A program made the translations under genes and the position numbers. The notes beneath the pieces are model-generated. The model saw only the letters and a list, made by a program, of their open reading frames with translations, made no database searches and was not told where the DNA came from. DNA of 64,000 nucleotides from Octopus sinensis (Eukaryota): assembly GCF_006345805.1 (NCBI RefSeq), contig NC_043000.1, forward strand, positions 51,522,001 to 51,586,000, read 5' to 3'. Shown here piece after piece: positions 1 to 12,165 of this stretch. Numbering within the stretch: the stretch's first letter is position 1; each line of letters begins with the position of its first letter.

Positions 1-17
1 TATATATATATGTAAAT

Positions 18-81
<64 letters not shown>

Positions 82-89
82 TCACACAC

Positions 90-153
<64 letters not shown>
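1..153. repeat. (TA)n/(CA)n compound microsatellite
   Basis: Direct reading of tandem TA and CA dinucleotides. Confidence 0.97.
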
Positions 154-154
<1 letters not shown>

Positions 155-345
155 GTCGCCATGATAGATCGTTAGCCACTACACACATTTTTTTCTCTCC
201 TTGCTTTTTCTGTGTCCCTTTCTGTAGAAGAGCGTAGGCTTGAAACGTAAAAGACTTTTTCTTTTCCTGAGCGTTATACTAATACATCTGTTTGTTTTGT
301 ACACCACTTGTCTTCGTCTTTTGTTTTTTTCGTAAACTCTCTCTA
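154..345 (+). mobile_element. Short repeat carrying a hammerhead motif, probably a Penelope-like element terminal (pLTR) fragment
   Basis: About 190 nt between (TA)n and (TATG)n. Contains the hammerhead-like core at 218-253 and a downstream 'ttcctgagcgt...taatac...tgtt' segment shared with 20041-20216. Penelope assignment is inferred from the minimal hammerhead; no ORF is present. Confidence 0.55.
218..253 (+). ncRNA. Minimal type I hammerhead ribozyme-like motif (variant core CUGUAGA)
   Basis: CTTT-CTGTAGA-A-GAGC(GTAG)GCTT-GAAAC-GTA-AAAG. Stem I CTTT/AAAG, stem II GAGC/GCTT (one G.U), palindromic ACGT stem III, GUA cleavage triplet. Confidence 0.65.
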
Positions 346-1164
346 TGTATGTATGTATGTATGTGTGTACATTATCTATCTGCATATATATAATTTATAA
401 ATATTTTGTCATAACACATTGTGTATTAAAAAAACAAAAGATAAATTCAAACCAGTTAAACTATAGTTTTTAAACCTTTAAATGGGGAACTGTTAACATA
501 TGAGAACACTTCATTTTCTTCATTCCCTTCTTACACAAAAAAAATAAAGGAAACATGTTCCATGGTTCATTGAACCCTTGTCTGAGAACAAATAACCCCT
601 CATTTGTTCACTCACAAAAAGAACATATAGCAAATATACCAAATAGCTACTGAAATCAAACACAAACTAGAACTTAACTGTAATGGCTAGACTAATTTGC
701 ACACCATGCATTTTTTGGTGGCATGATTGGAACAAAACTGCCACAGCTACTACCATAACTTTGATAACTGTCTCATACTTTTCATTATAATCAGCACTGT
801 AGCAGACTTATTCCTCTGTTCCAACATATATGTTTGATTGTTTGAAAGATGATCAAATATACCACCATCCTACAAAATACTATTTTAGATTTTGATTACT
901 GCTGTGTAATGCTTTCAAGCCAAGCCCAAAACTTTGGTTTTAGCTTACAGATCTATTTTTCTGCAATACACTTCAATTCTCAGCTTGACTAGTTTGACTA
1001 GAATATAACATGATAATTTATGATCTCTTATGCTAACATCTCTATTTTGTGAAATATTTTTATGGTATATTCATATAACTTTTCTAACGTACATATTTTA
1101 GATTATTTAGAGATAGATTATAAAGGAACTTAATTAGCAGCTTGGCAACTTCTGGATCAAAAGA

Positions 1165-1221
1165 AATAATAATAATAATAATAATAAAATAATAATAATA
1201 ATGATGATGATAATAATAATA

Positions 1222-1255
<34 letters not shown>
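1165..1255. repeat. (AAT)n microsatellite
   Basis: Direct reading. Confidence 0.95.
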
Positions 1256-1257
<2 letters not shown>

Positions 1258-1261
1258 TTCT

Positions 1262-1533
1262 GGCACTCCATTGGTTTTGACGATGAGGGTTCCAGTTGAT
1301 CTGATCAGTGGAACAACTTGCTCATTAAATTAACACGCATGTGGCTGAGCACTCCACAGACACAAGTACCCTTAACGTAGTTCTCAGATTCAGCATGATA
1401 CAGAGTGTGATAAGGTGGGCCCTTTAGAATACAGGTACTATTCGTTTTTGCCAGCTAAGTGAACTGGAGCAACATGAAATAAAGTGTCTTGCTCCAGGAC
1501 ACAACATGTCACCAAGAATTGAACTCACAACCT
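1262..1533 (-). mobile_element. tRNA-derived SINE, head Y + tail P, 5' truncated
   Basis: Colinear with 38225-38527 (gagggttccagttgatc...gtggctgagcactccacagaca...cttaacgtagttctc...aaagtgtcttgctc..ggacacaac). Confidence 0.85.
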
Positions 1534-1534
1534 A

Positions 1535-1540
1535 TCATCA

Positions 1541-1583
<43 letters not shown>

Positions 1584-1606
1584 CATTATTATTATCATTA
1601 TCATCT
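1535..1606. repeat. (ATT/ATC)n microsatellite
   Basis: Direct reading. Confidence 0.95.
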
Positions 1607-2484
1607 TTCAATTCTGTTTCTATTTCTTGCTGAGTGTCTTCCTGACACCTAGGGCAGAGAAACACACTGTATACGTTGGTAGGCCATTTAGATAGACACT
1701 GGATTGTTCATTTACAAAGTCATGTGATAGAGAAAAAGGGGAAGAAAGACAAAGCGGAAAAATAAAAAATAAAAAAGTAAACAAAGAAAATAAATGGGAA
1801 AAAGGAAAGAAAATTCACAGTGGCAATGCTCTTCTCAGTATGTGTAACATACCTCTTAAGAGAATCTTTTCCTCTTCTTGCATGGATGGTAAGCCTGGAT
1901 TCTTAAATTATTTTCAGTTCTTTTTTTGATCATTCCAAGTGCTCCTACAGTACTGGTATTGTAATTGTCTTGAGATGTCACATCTTTTAAATTTCAATGT
2001 GCTTATCAAATTCTTTTGCCAAGATATTATGGCCACGGGGTATGCTCATGTCAATCAATAAACAGACTTTGTAGTTTTGGTCTTTCACAACAGTATCTGA
2101 TTTATTTGCTTTGATGATCTGGTCTGTACATTTTCTCCATCAGTGACAGCCTCAGGGTGGTGCTTGTACCATTTGTCAGCAGTTTTGATTTTATAATGCT
2201 GACTCATTATCCAATGTAGATATTGGCGAACTCTGTCATATCTTGATTTATACTCCACAAGTGCTAAAACCTTACATCCAGAAATTAGGTGGTCTGCTGT
2301 TTCCCAACGTTGTAGTACTGACACTTTGGGTCTACATCATTTTTCATCACATTAGCTTGATAGTTCTGGATCACTAAGCTCTGATCTTGAGCAGCCAGGA
2401 TAAAGCCTTCACTATCTTCGTTTAGCCCTGAGCTCCATAGCTACTGATGAGTGTGCTTCTGGTCTACATCAGCTTGTTTGCTAC
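1607..2484 (-). mobile_element. Degenerate 3' portion of an R4/Dong-type (restriction-like endonuclease) non-LTR retrotransposon
   Basis: Minus-strand translation across stops and frameshifts: THQ*LWSSGL..SEGFILAAQDQSL..NYQANVMKNDVDPKC...ETADHLISGC.VLA..EYKSRYDRV..YLHW...WYKHHPEAV...TDQIIKANKSDTVVKD....CLLIDMSIP...KEFDK...TIPV..GALGMIKK. This is the CCHC knuckle plus PD-(D/E)xK REL domain. A putative 3' UTR runs to about 1607. Confidence 0.85.
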
Positions 2485-2580
2485 AGGCAAAGTTAATCTT
2501 GGCAGAATTTGAACTCAGATCATGCAGCCAGATGAAATGCCGCAAAGTATTTTGTGCAGTATGCTGACAATTCTGCCTTG
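2485..2580 (-). mobile_element. SINE family E 5' fragment
   Basis: Reverse complement matches the head of 41981-42196 and 63838-64000 (ggcagaat..tagc..aaat..ttg.ggcatttc...ctgagttcaaattctgcc). Confidence 0.65.
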
Positions 2581-2592
2581 ATGATGATGATG

Positions 2593-2640
<48 letters not shown>

Positions 2641-2645
2641 GTAAC
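2581..2645. repeat. (GAT)n(AAT)n microsatellite
   Basis: Direct reading. Confidence 0.95.
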
Positions 2646-5472
2646 AACAACCAACCAACCATTTTTACTGATTCATTATTTTTGTGATGTATTTATAAAA
2701 ATTGCGGAATTTTTGTCAGTTGAACAAATTACTACAGATCAATTCTGCTAATCACTGATCAACCTTATTTCCATGTGATTGTGTGTATTCACTGTGCAAA
2801 AACACATGAAAATCAAAAATCTATAGTGGCTGACAGGATTCTTGATGTCCAATACTTGTACAATGTTTAACCATGTTCTCTCTTTCTCTTACTTCCTAAT
2901 CATTTTTTTCTCACCCATTTGCAAACAGATACGCACACAGACACATACCCACACAACACATATCTGTGGAGTTATAATTACACACTTATGTACTATGCAT
3001 GATATCCTAAAAGACATCTCTGTTAAGCTTTGTACTGCTTTCACAGAAATAACTAAGTGCGGTGACCAGTAGTGTGCGAAATACATAACAGGTCTATCAG
3101 ACACATTTTTATAGATTACTACAACTATGCTACTTTTCTTTATCATACACCCATTCACTCTTTGATCATTTACTAATTTTTAAATGATCAGCTCTAAGTC
3201 TGGCTAATAATTCTGTAATACCATCTTTGCAGTCTTTAAAGGATTCATTTCTCTTGATTTTTCACGTTTTTGTTGTTTATTATTATTATTTATTTTATTT
3301 CATTATTTTTTTCTCTGCCACTTATATTTACAACTTTTTTCTTTCTTAATTCTTCGTTTATTCATACATTGTGTTGTATAATTTATTTATTCTTATATTT
3401 ATTTGTCTATATTTTCAATTTTATTCGTTTTTTAAAATTTTCTTATTTATTTTTTGTTTACTTGGTTTTTTAAAATTTTTTTGCATTTCTCATATCATTT
3501 CTGTTGTAGTTTTCTTTTTTTTTTTTTCTCTTAATTTGTAGTATAGTCGCATTGTTCTGTTGAGTTTCTTGCAAAGCAGATAAGATATTATCAGAAGATA
3601 AATTAGTCAGATGTGCTTCATATTTCATTAGCTGTTTTGTATTGATTTCATCTTGTTGATATTAAGAGGCGTTAGAAGAGGTTTGGCTGTGGGTTGGAAG
3701 GTAATAATAATAATAATAATATAATAATAATAATAATAATACACAAGTGTATCATTTCTTTCTGCACTTCATTTCGGTATTTTGATGTATATCTTACTTC
3801 AGCATATGAGTATATGTATTTGTGTTAGTGTATTTATACAAGCATATGTATGTAAATTTATTTCTCTCTCTTTCTGTTTCTCACTCTCTTTCTCGCTATA
3901 TCTGTCTGTCTACATAAAGCGAGAGAAAGATGCATGTGTGAGTGTGTGAATGTGATCATATATGAGTGTGTGTGTGTGTATGTAGCAATATAAACATCCT
4001 TTATGTGATGTTAGATAAATTCACATTATATCTCCCAAATTATAGATATTTTTAAGTAAACTTAACCAGCTGATGGAATAAATGTATAATAAATAAATCA
4101 CTGCTGAATCATAATGAGAATTAATACATATGTACATACATGCATACATACATACATACATACATACATACATACATGCATACATACATAGGCATGCACA
4201 TATACACATATAGTAGTATACACAAACACATGCATACCTATATGAGTGTGTTTGTATGTATATATCTTAGAATCAGGATTCAGGAATACATCTCTGTATA
4301 ATAAATATTTTTCCACAGTATTAATGTTGTTGCTAATTAAAAGATATGCCTAAAGCGATTTTAACATTCAGTGTACTTAGTTCTGTTCAGGTTATTTATA
4401 TTGTTTTCTCAGAATCATTTGATTGCAATTACTAGATACTTTCTAATTGGTTAAATTTTTAGATGTCCACAATGACAACCTGATGCTGGTATTGCAAATA
4501 AGAGCATACCCCAGTGAATTTCTTTCCTATGATATCGCTGTTACCCTGCATTTAGATAACAATAGATTTCATGCAAGCTTTGAATTTTATATATTTATAT
4601 TTCCGAATTGGGTGCTAGTTGCAAAGCTAAAAAAATTACAAGCAGCAACTTAACTGTTTTGAATTCTAAATTTATCAGTTTTCAACTTTATCTTTCATCT
4701 TTTCTAGGTTGTTTCTGAGTTTTATTTCATTGTGTTTAGATTCTCCCAGTAAAACACTTATAAACACTCATCTTTTTTTCTTTATATATATTACTCAGCT
4801 TATTGAAAATGATCAAATTACATGCATTGCAAAAACTATATTTTTGTTTAATATTTAGGTATTTGAAAATAATGAACCTTCCCTTCACTTTTGTTGGTCT
4901 TAATGTTACACATGGGATCGTGTTAATTTTTTGAGAACCATCCTTTCTTTGCTTAATAAATGTAGTAGATATATTTCACTTGCATTTTCCCAAAGAGATT
5001 TTCTCACCAAAGCTTTAAAAGCTATGCAAATTCAGGTGCACAAACTATTAATATATATTGAACCTATTATATCAAGAACATATAAATGTTATGTAAATAC
5101 ACATACTCACATATACGGTACAACATAAACTCTATTGCTGGTACCATGATAAAATGCACCTAGTACACCTTGAAAGGTAGCTGGCAATTCAATGGAAACA
5201 ATAAATGCTTGAGAGAACCACTATATATAAATTATATAAAAATATATATGTAGTTAAGTGTTTATATCTATCGTTTTGTGTGAGTGAATAAGAATATTGT
5301 GTGTGTGTGTGTAATTGCTACTAAATGTGACTAGGGTGTTAGTAATTCCTACATTGCTAGAAATAAGAGCTTAAATTTTATGTATACACATTAGCGATTC
5401 ACTAATTCATCTATGATGAAAACACATATGCAGACAGATTAAGTAAGTCTGAAATCTGCTGAAGTTGAGTTC

Positions 5473-5532
5473 ATTCATTACTGATGAGGCAACAGAAACT
5501 AAATTGCCAAAACTGAATTCAGTATAAAGAAT
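5473..5532 (+). ncRNA. Type I hammerhead ribozyme, G12>A mutated copy
   Basis: Stem I ATTCATTA/TAAAGAAT (7 of 8 pairs), core CTGATGA 5481-5487, stem II GGCAA/TTGCC, then AAAA in place of GAAA, stem III palindrome ACTGAATTCAGT, GUA triplet 5522-5524. Confidence 0.8.
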
Positions 5533-5551
5533 TCTCAAATGTCTGTATATA

Positions 5552-5878
5552 TCTTCTCTATATATAAACGGCAGTTTGTCTGTCTGTGTGTCTGTCAGGT
5601 TGTACCCTCACCCTGACCACGGCTTTCAACTGATTCTGATGAAACTTGACACACACATAGCCCAATGTCATAATTCAAAACTAACGCAGCAAAAATTTTG
5701 AAAAGTTCCCCCAGTTCTGAAAAAAATTTATAATTTCCGCCACTTCAAGCAGTCAACAAGAGAAAACATAACCAGACAATATAACCTTAGCATACTTCTG
5801 CTAATCGCAGCAGCAGCCGCAAGTCGTTGCCTACTAGGGGTTCTTACATACCCGGGCAACGCTGGGCTATGCTGCTAG
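5552..5878 (+). mobile_element. Non-autonomous Helitron, complete
   Basis: Starts 5'-TCTTCTCTATATATAAA after an A, ends CTAG before a T, with subterminal hairpin CCCGG-GCAACG-CTGGG (5851-5866). No TSD. These are canonical Helitron termini. Confidence 0.85.
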
Positions 5879-6046
5879 TGTATACTATTATGTGCTCTGA
5901 CTACAGCATTAGATCATTTTAGCTCTTATTTCTAGCAATGTAGGTGTTTCTAACACCTAGTCACATTTAGTGACAATTATAGTTTTTCTTTTTAGTAAAA
6001 CATTGCAAACAGCTGTATAATTTAATTTGATGTGTGTATGTGTGTG

Positions 6047-6080
<34 letters not shown>

Positions 6081-7849
6081 TATGCTTGCATGCATAAAAA
6101 TTCATCTTGTCAGTTTACTAGTAGTTGACTGAGACTACAATTCCTTCAGAAACCATTTTCTGTTAAGGCTGGTTTCTTAGCATTTGAGGTCCATAACCTA
6201 ATCTGTAAAGCAATAGCAGCATTTTGATTTGGATGTTATCTCAAAGACTTACAGACTCTGCCTGCAAGGCAGTAGTCAGTATTAAACTTGCTGCTGGTTA
6301 CTGTCAATTCTTGAACACTATGTTAGAGGAAAGATACAGGTAGTTTTTCTCTGCAACTTTTGCAGGTGCTACTCCTTTGGGCCTGATCAGACTTGAGATT
6401 AGTGTCGGTTTAGAAATTAAGTCTATTGTTATCAATATCTACAGTTTTCTAACCATAGACCTTGGCACAAGATACAGACTGAAGAGTTATCCAGTAATCA
6501 AAACATCTTATGGTGTGATCAAAAGTCCAAAGAGGGGGTTTATGGACATATGTCAGACATTTCTGCTATCACTGCAACGAGCAGTCAGCTTTGCTGAATA
6601 CTGTTGATGTGTTGAATACCAGACCAAATGAGATGTTGTATTTTAGGTATTCCTCTTAGTTACATTGATGTTATGAAAATGAGGACCTACCAAAGCCAAC
6701 GAGATGCAGTGATTCCTGGCACTCTGTAATGAAATAAATTTCAATTACAGTCAGTCAAGGAATAAACTGTGTGTGTAGACAATAAGACACACATGAATTC
6801 ACAGAGTGCATATGTCTTAATTCATATTAATTGAGTGCAATTCATAAATGGTTCTCAACCAATATTACAAATAATTATAAATGTTTGGATGCTGCAATAT
6901 AAGTCACTAGTGGAGAGAAAATTCATTGGAAGAAAATCCAATATAGCACATTAAATAAAATATGACTGTACTGCCTTGTATGTGTGTGTGCGTGTGTGTG
7001 TGTGTGTTCTTTTACATTATTGTTGTATATTAGAATGTAAAAATATAAAGTAGTTCTTAATACTCTTAAAAATTCTTGACAGTTTTGTATAAAGTTACAG
7101 ACAACTAAGTGTGGTACATTTTTAGATGACAGTCTTAAGTCTAGTAATATAATTTTTATTTTTTATTTTTAGTAAATATCTACATTTTTATTTCTTTTTT
7201 CGATGCTTTTCATGAAAATATCTTTAACAGACACTTCCTTCCTTATCAAGGAAGATCTTGTATAGTTATCAGCATGCTGGCAGTAAGGATTGATCTATCA
7301 ATATTTGAGGAGGTCTTCAGAAAAGAAATTTGCTTTATAACCTGACTGTCCGGAATTATTTCTTTCAACATCAATATTGAAAGATGCTGGACAAAGATTC
7401 ATGGGTCATATGAGATGTTATATCTTTTTAGTGTCTCTTTTGTAACAGGTAACTGATATGTTTTCTTCTATTTTCTCCACGTGAGCCAGAACAAAGGTTT
7501 GAGAAGAGAAAAGAAATCTATGAGTGAGTGTATATACCTATAAATACGTCTGTATAACGTGTATGTGTTTGATGGTCGCTTAAGAATGCTAGGATATTTT
7601 TCCAACATGATACATATTTCTTTTGGTTGAAGCAGGAAGCAATATTCAATAGAGTTTTGTTTGCACAAGAATTGACAAAAATTAAAGTAACTATCTGTTG
7701 GGAAATGGTAGTATTTACTAACTTCTCTAAGGAACTACAACAACAACTACTACTACTACTACCACTACTACATTTCTATTCTTATTTGTCATCAGCTTTA
7801 CATTCTTTGTATAACACTTCTTTTCTCTTTGTTCCCCTTCTTTATTCTT

Positions 7850-7854
7850 CTTCT

Positions 7855-7887
<33 letters not shown>

Positions 7888-7945
7888 GGCTACTACAACT
7901 GCTGCTGCTGCTACTACTATTGTTGTTGTTGTTGTTGTTATTATT
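7850..7945. repeat. (CTA)n/(CTG)n/(TTG)n compound trinucleotide repeat
   Basis: Direct reading. Confidence 0.9.
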
Positions 7946-9664
7946 ATTTCAAAATTTTTATTCCAATATGTAGAAAGATTTATTCAGAATATATTGAACA
8001 TTCAGATATATTTTTACAACAATTTGTGTGTGTGTGTGGTGTGTGTGTGTGTGTGTGTGTGTGCATGTTCACACATGCACATACCTTCGATCTGATACTT
8101 CAGACTCAATCAACAACTGTTTTAAAGAAGCCATTCTCTGACATAAATGCCTTGAAACTTGAATAATGATTTTTCGAAAATTCTCTGCTAGAATCTAATT
8201 AATTATTTCTTTACCCTTTGAGAATTGTATTATTGTTCTATAGATTAAAGAATAGACAAGTTTTAATAGAGTTGTATAAAGGAGTGCTTCTTAAGAGACA
8301 TTACTTGTAATGAATCCTTCTTCAACATTCTGCCATTTTCAAGCTGACACTTCAACAAAAGAAAGGCATTATTTTTGCCAGAATATGGCAGCAGGTACTG
8401 TCTTTGCTACCACTAAAGCAGCTTGTAATTTAAAATCATATCTTCATTTTCCTAAAGTAGAAATTCAAATCAGCCTAAATCGGCTTTCACCAAACACATA
8501 CAAAATAATATGCTGAGCTATTAATTTGTTTGGAGTGGCACCAAGATTCCAAGACAACATGAAAACATGTCAGTCATTCAAACTGATATATGATGCTAAT
8601 TACAATACAAATACCTCTTCTATCTTGAATTCAAAGCCAATGTTATGACCTCTTTCTCTTTCTTTCTTCCCCCCTCCTTCCCATAATTTGCATACACTGA
8701 AAATTTATGTCTGCCTTTATGCACGTGCATAAACCCTCTCACTCACATGCATTAGACAGCAGAAGTATATACACATACATATACTTCAAGGCAATAGTAT
8801 GTGAATATATATATACATGTGTGTAGGTGTCTTAGGCAACAATTGCCTCATGGTATCCATTCCAATGCTTTGCACTGTAAGTTCAAATCCTGCCAAGGTC
8901 AATTTTGAATTCCATCATTTTCTAGTCAACCAAATTAACAGTTCAGTACTGGGCTCCACTGACACACACATGCATGCTCACTCACTCACACACACACACA
9001 CACGCTCTCTCTCTCTCTCACTCTCTCTCTCTCTCTCTCTCACCCCCATCTCTCTCACTCTCTCTCTCCGAGAAATAAGATCTGGAAAGGAATGGACACC
9101 TCAAGGTTTGAACATGCCGAAGTTACACAAATGTGTCACTAAAGGCATCTTTGGTTCCAAAACAAATCTGATGTGCATGCATGTGTGTGTGTGTGTGTGT
9201 GTATGTGTATATAGTCAGGATAAGTCAACTGAATAGATGAATTAATTTGAAAACATATGTTATTTATTTATTTCTACTAGCACAAAATAAATGACAAACT
9301 AACAACAAACTGATGACCATAAAACAGAACTTAGGAGTCAAAAGTATCTCCCAATTGGGAAGTCATACATATCAACCCTTAAACAGGAATTGAGTGCTAC
9401 ATTTGACTCATATATATATACATATATATATATGTACACATATTTTTATGCATGTTTATTTATATATGTATATTATGAGGCTGTGTTTTCCAATATGGAG
9501 ACTAACATCTTTCTCTATGTGATTGGCTTGAAAATTTGTTAACACACTAGGATATTTTTCTACTTTCCTTGACATGAAATCTATGGCAGCCTTAATTCAG
9601 AACTAAAGAAATTATATCTACCAATTTAGTATTGAGTATTCATTTTCATCATTCAAAATTTACA

Positions 9665-9671
9665 TGTGTAC

Positions 9672-9705
<34 letters not shown>

Positions 9706-9780
9706 GTATATATATATATGTATATATATATATATGTATAATATATATATATATATATGTGTATATATATATATATATAT
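9665..9780. repeat. (TA)n with TATG interruptions
   Basis: Direct reading. Confidence 0.95.
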
Positions 9781-9938
9781 CATCATCATCATCATCATCG
9801 TCGTTTAACGTCCGCTTTCCATGCTAGCATGGGTTGGACGATTGACTGAGGGCTGGCGAACTGGATGGCCACACCAGGCTTCAATCTTGATCTGGCAGAG
9901 TTTCTACAGCTGGATGCCCTTCCTAACGCCAACCACTC
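9781..9938 (-). mobile_element. SINE family C 3' part with (GAT)n tail
   Basis: catcatc-gtttaacgtccgctttccatgctagcatgggttggacg...ttctacagctggatgcccttcctaacgccaacc; near-identical to 17729-18018. The short tandem tail suggests an RTE-type partner (inference). Confidence 0.85.
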
Positions 9939-10011
9939 ATATATATGTGTATATATATATATTATATATATATGTATATATATATGTATATAATATATAT
10001 GTATATATATG

Positions 10012-10070
<59 letters not shown>

Positions 10071-10090
10071 ATATGTATGTATGTATTTAT

Positions 10091-10501
10091 CTCTTTTACT
10101 CTTTTACTTGTTTCAGTCATTTGACTGTAGCCATGTTGTAGCACCGCCTTTAGTCGAGCAAATCGACCCCAGGACTTATTCTTTGTAAGCCAAGTACTTA
10201 TTCTATTGGTCTCTTTTGCTGAACCGCTAAGTTACAGGGATGTAAACACACCAGCATCGGTTGTCAAGTGATGTTGGTGGGGGACAAACACAAACGCACA
10301 AACATACACACACTCACACACATATATATACATATATACGATGGGCTTCTTTCAGTTTCCATCTACCAAATCCACTGACAGGGCTTTGGTCAGCCCAAGG
10401 CTATAGTGGAAGATACTTGCCCAAGGTGCTATGCAATGAGACTAAACCCAGAACCATGTGGTTGGTAAGCAAGCTACTTACCACACAATCACTCCTATGC
10501 C
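10091..10501 (-). mobile_element. SINE family B, full length
   Basis: Reverse complement of 11377-11820 and 27452-27870 along the whole length: tRNA-like head, internal TA/TG repeat, (gagtaaaa)n tail. Confidence 0.9.
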
Positions 10502-10627
10502 TCTATATATATATATTTATATATATATATATACATACATATATATATTTATACATTTATATTTATATGTATATTTATATGTATTTGTAGATGTATATAT
10601 ATATATATACACACACACACACTCACT

Positions 10628-10778
10628 GAGGTTCTTTCAGTTCCCATCTACTAAATCCACTGATGAGTCTTTGCTCAACCTGGGGTTGAAGTAAAAGACA
10701 CATGGCTAATGTGCCACACAGTGGGACTGAACATGAGACCATGTAGTTGGTAGTAAATTTCTGAATGCCTGTGCCTAT
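10628..10778 (-). mobile_element. SINE family B 5' half, diverged
   Basis: ttctttcagttcccatctactaaatccac...gtgggactgaac...accatgtagttggta matches the family B head. Confidence 0.75.
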
Positions 10779-10834
10779 ATCAATTTCTCTCTCTCTCTCT
10801 CACTCTCTATGTATGTATATATTTACATATAAAT

Positions 10835-10871
<37 letters not shown>

Positions 10872-11376
10872 CCATTACATGTGATTGTGTGTATTTTGGA
10901 CATGATAATAGGTCAAAGAATATCCAGCCTTTATTAAATAATCTATCTTTGTTTGATTTAGAAGAATCTTTTAGTGAAAATACAAATTTAAAAGCAATAT
11001 TTCTGTCTGTTCATTCTTTTAAAATTGAATTAAAAGTAGTTGTCATTACAAATAATGTAGAGATTAAATCACTTTCAAAAAACTCCAATTCAAATTTGGA
11101 AGAGTAGTGTCGATAATGAGTTATATTCGTCTTTTAAGACTTAGTCTTCGTGTATACAATAAAAAAAATGCAACCTCTGGCAGTTTTGCTGATGAATATT
11201 CTCTTTGTTCAATCTACAGAACTGCTTACTCATTGAATTATAAAGTAAATAGTAAATGGCTTGTAGCACAGACACTTTACCCTTATCTTGTTCCTCAGGC
11301 AGAATCATCGCAATGTTAAGTGTGACAAACTTGGCCCTTTAAATAACAGGTTCTCTTTCTGTTTTTCATATACATA

Positions 11377-11557
11377 GGCGCAGGAGTGGCTGTTTGCTAA
11401 GTAGCTTGTTTACCAACCACATGGTTCCGGGTTCAGTCCCACTGCATGACACCTTGGGCAAGTGATTCTACTATAGCCTCGGGCTGACCAAAGCCTTTTG
11501 AGTAGATTTGGTAGACGGAAACTGAAAGAAGCCTGTCGTATATATGTATATATATAT

Positions 11558-11588
<31 letters not shown>

Positions 11589-11820
11589 CATACATATATG
11601 CGTGTGTGTGTTTGTGTGTCTGTGTTTGTCCCCCTAGCATTGCTTGACAATCGATGCTGGTGTGTTTATGTCCCTGTTACTTAGCAGTTCGGCAAAAGAG
11701 ACCGATAGAATAAGTACTGGGCTTACAAAAGAATAAGTGCCGGGGTCGAGTTGCTCAAATAAAGGCGGTGCTCCAGCATGGCCGCAGTCAAATGACTGAA
11801 ACAAGTAAAAGAGTAAGAGT
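11377..11820 (+). mobile_element. SINE family B, full length, with probable TATACATA target-site duplication
   Basis: ggcgcaggagtggctgt...ggttccgggttcagtcccactg (A/B-box-like)...ggcggtgctccagcatggccgcagtcaaatgactgaaacaagtaaaagagt. tatacata flanks both ends. Confidence 0.92.
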
Positions 11821-12165
11821 ATACATACATACATACATACATACAGACAGACAGACAGACAGACAGACAAATTCAAGCCATCACTGGAACTGTAAAAATC
11901 TGTAAAACTTTGCAGAAGTTTATCATTTAAGCACATATGAGCTTGTCTAGATATGCAATTATATACATGAGAAGACTTATATAAAACAAAGCATACAAAT
12001 CTGCACATATACATGACATTGAAGCTGCTGTAGGAGACACTTGCCTAAGTTTCCATGCAGTGGGATTGAATGCAGAACTACATGAGTGCAAAGCAAACTT
12101 TTCAATGACCTAGCCACACACACACACACACACACAGACAATAAAAGCAAACAGCCATTTTTTGT

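Larger units (their letters stand above)
5312..5979. mobile_element. Inverted-repeat element (about 65-bp arms, TA at both outer ends) containing a hammerhead and a nested Helitron
   Basis: 5312-5375 (taattgctactaaatgtgactagggtgttag...cctacattgctagaaataagagct) is the reverse complement of about 5916-5979 (agctcttatttctagcaatgtagg...taacacctagtcacatttagtgacaatta) with few mismatches. Confidence 0.8.

Noticed and set aside
6365-6730. Two acceptor-like sites followed by short open frames (GATPLGLIRLE..., GIPLSYIDVMK...)
   Set aside because: No donor or homology support; may be decayed repeat sequence.
7231-7448. Segment bounded by ttaacAG and CAG|GTAACT
   Set aside because: Stops in all three frames; could only be a non-coding exon, and there is no supporting evidence.
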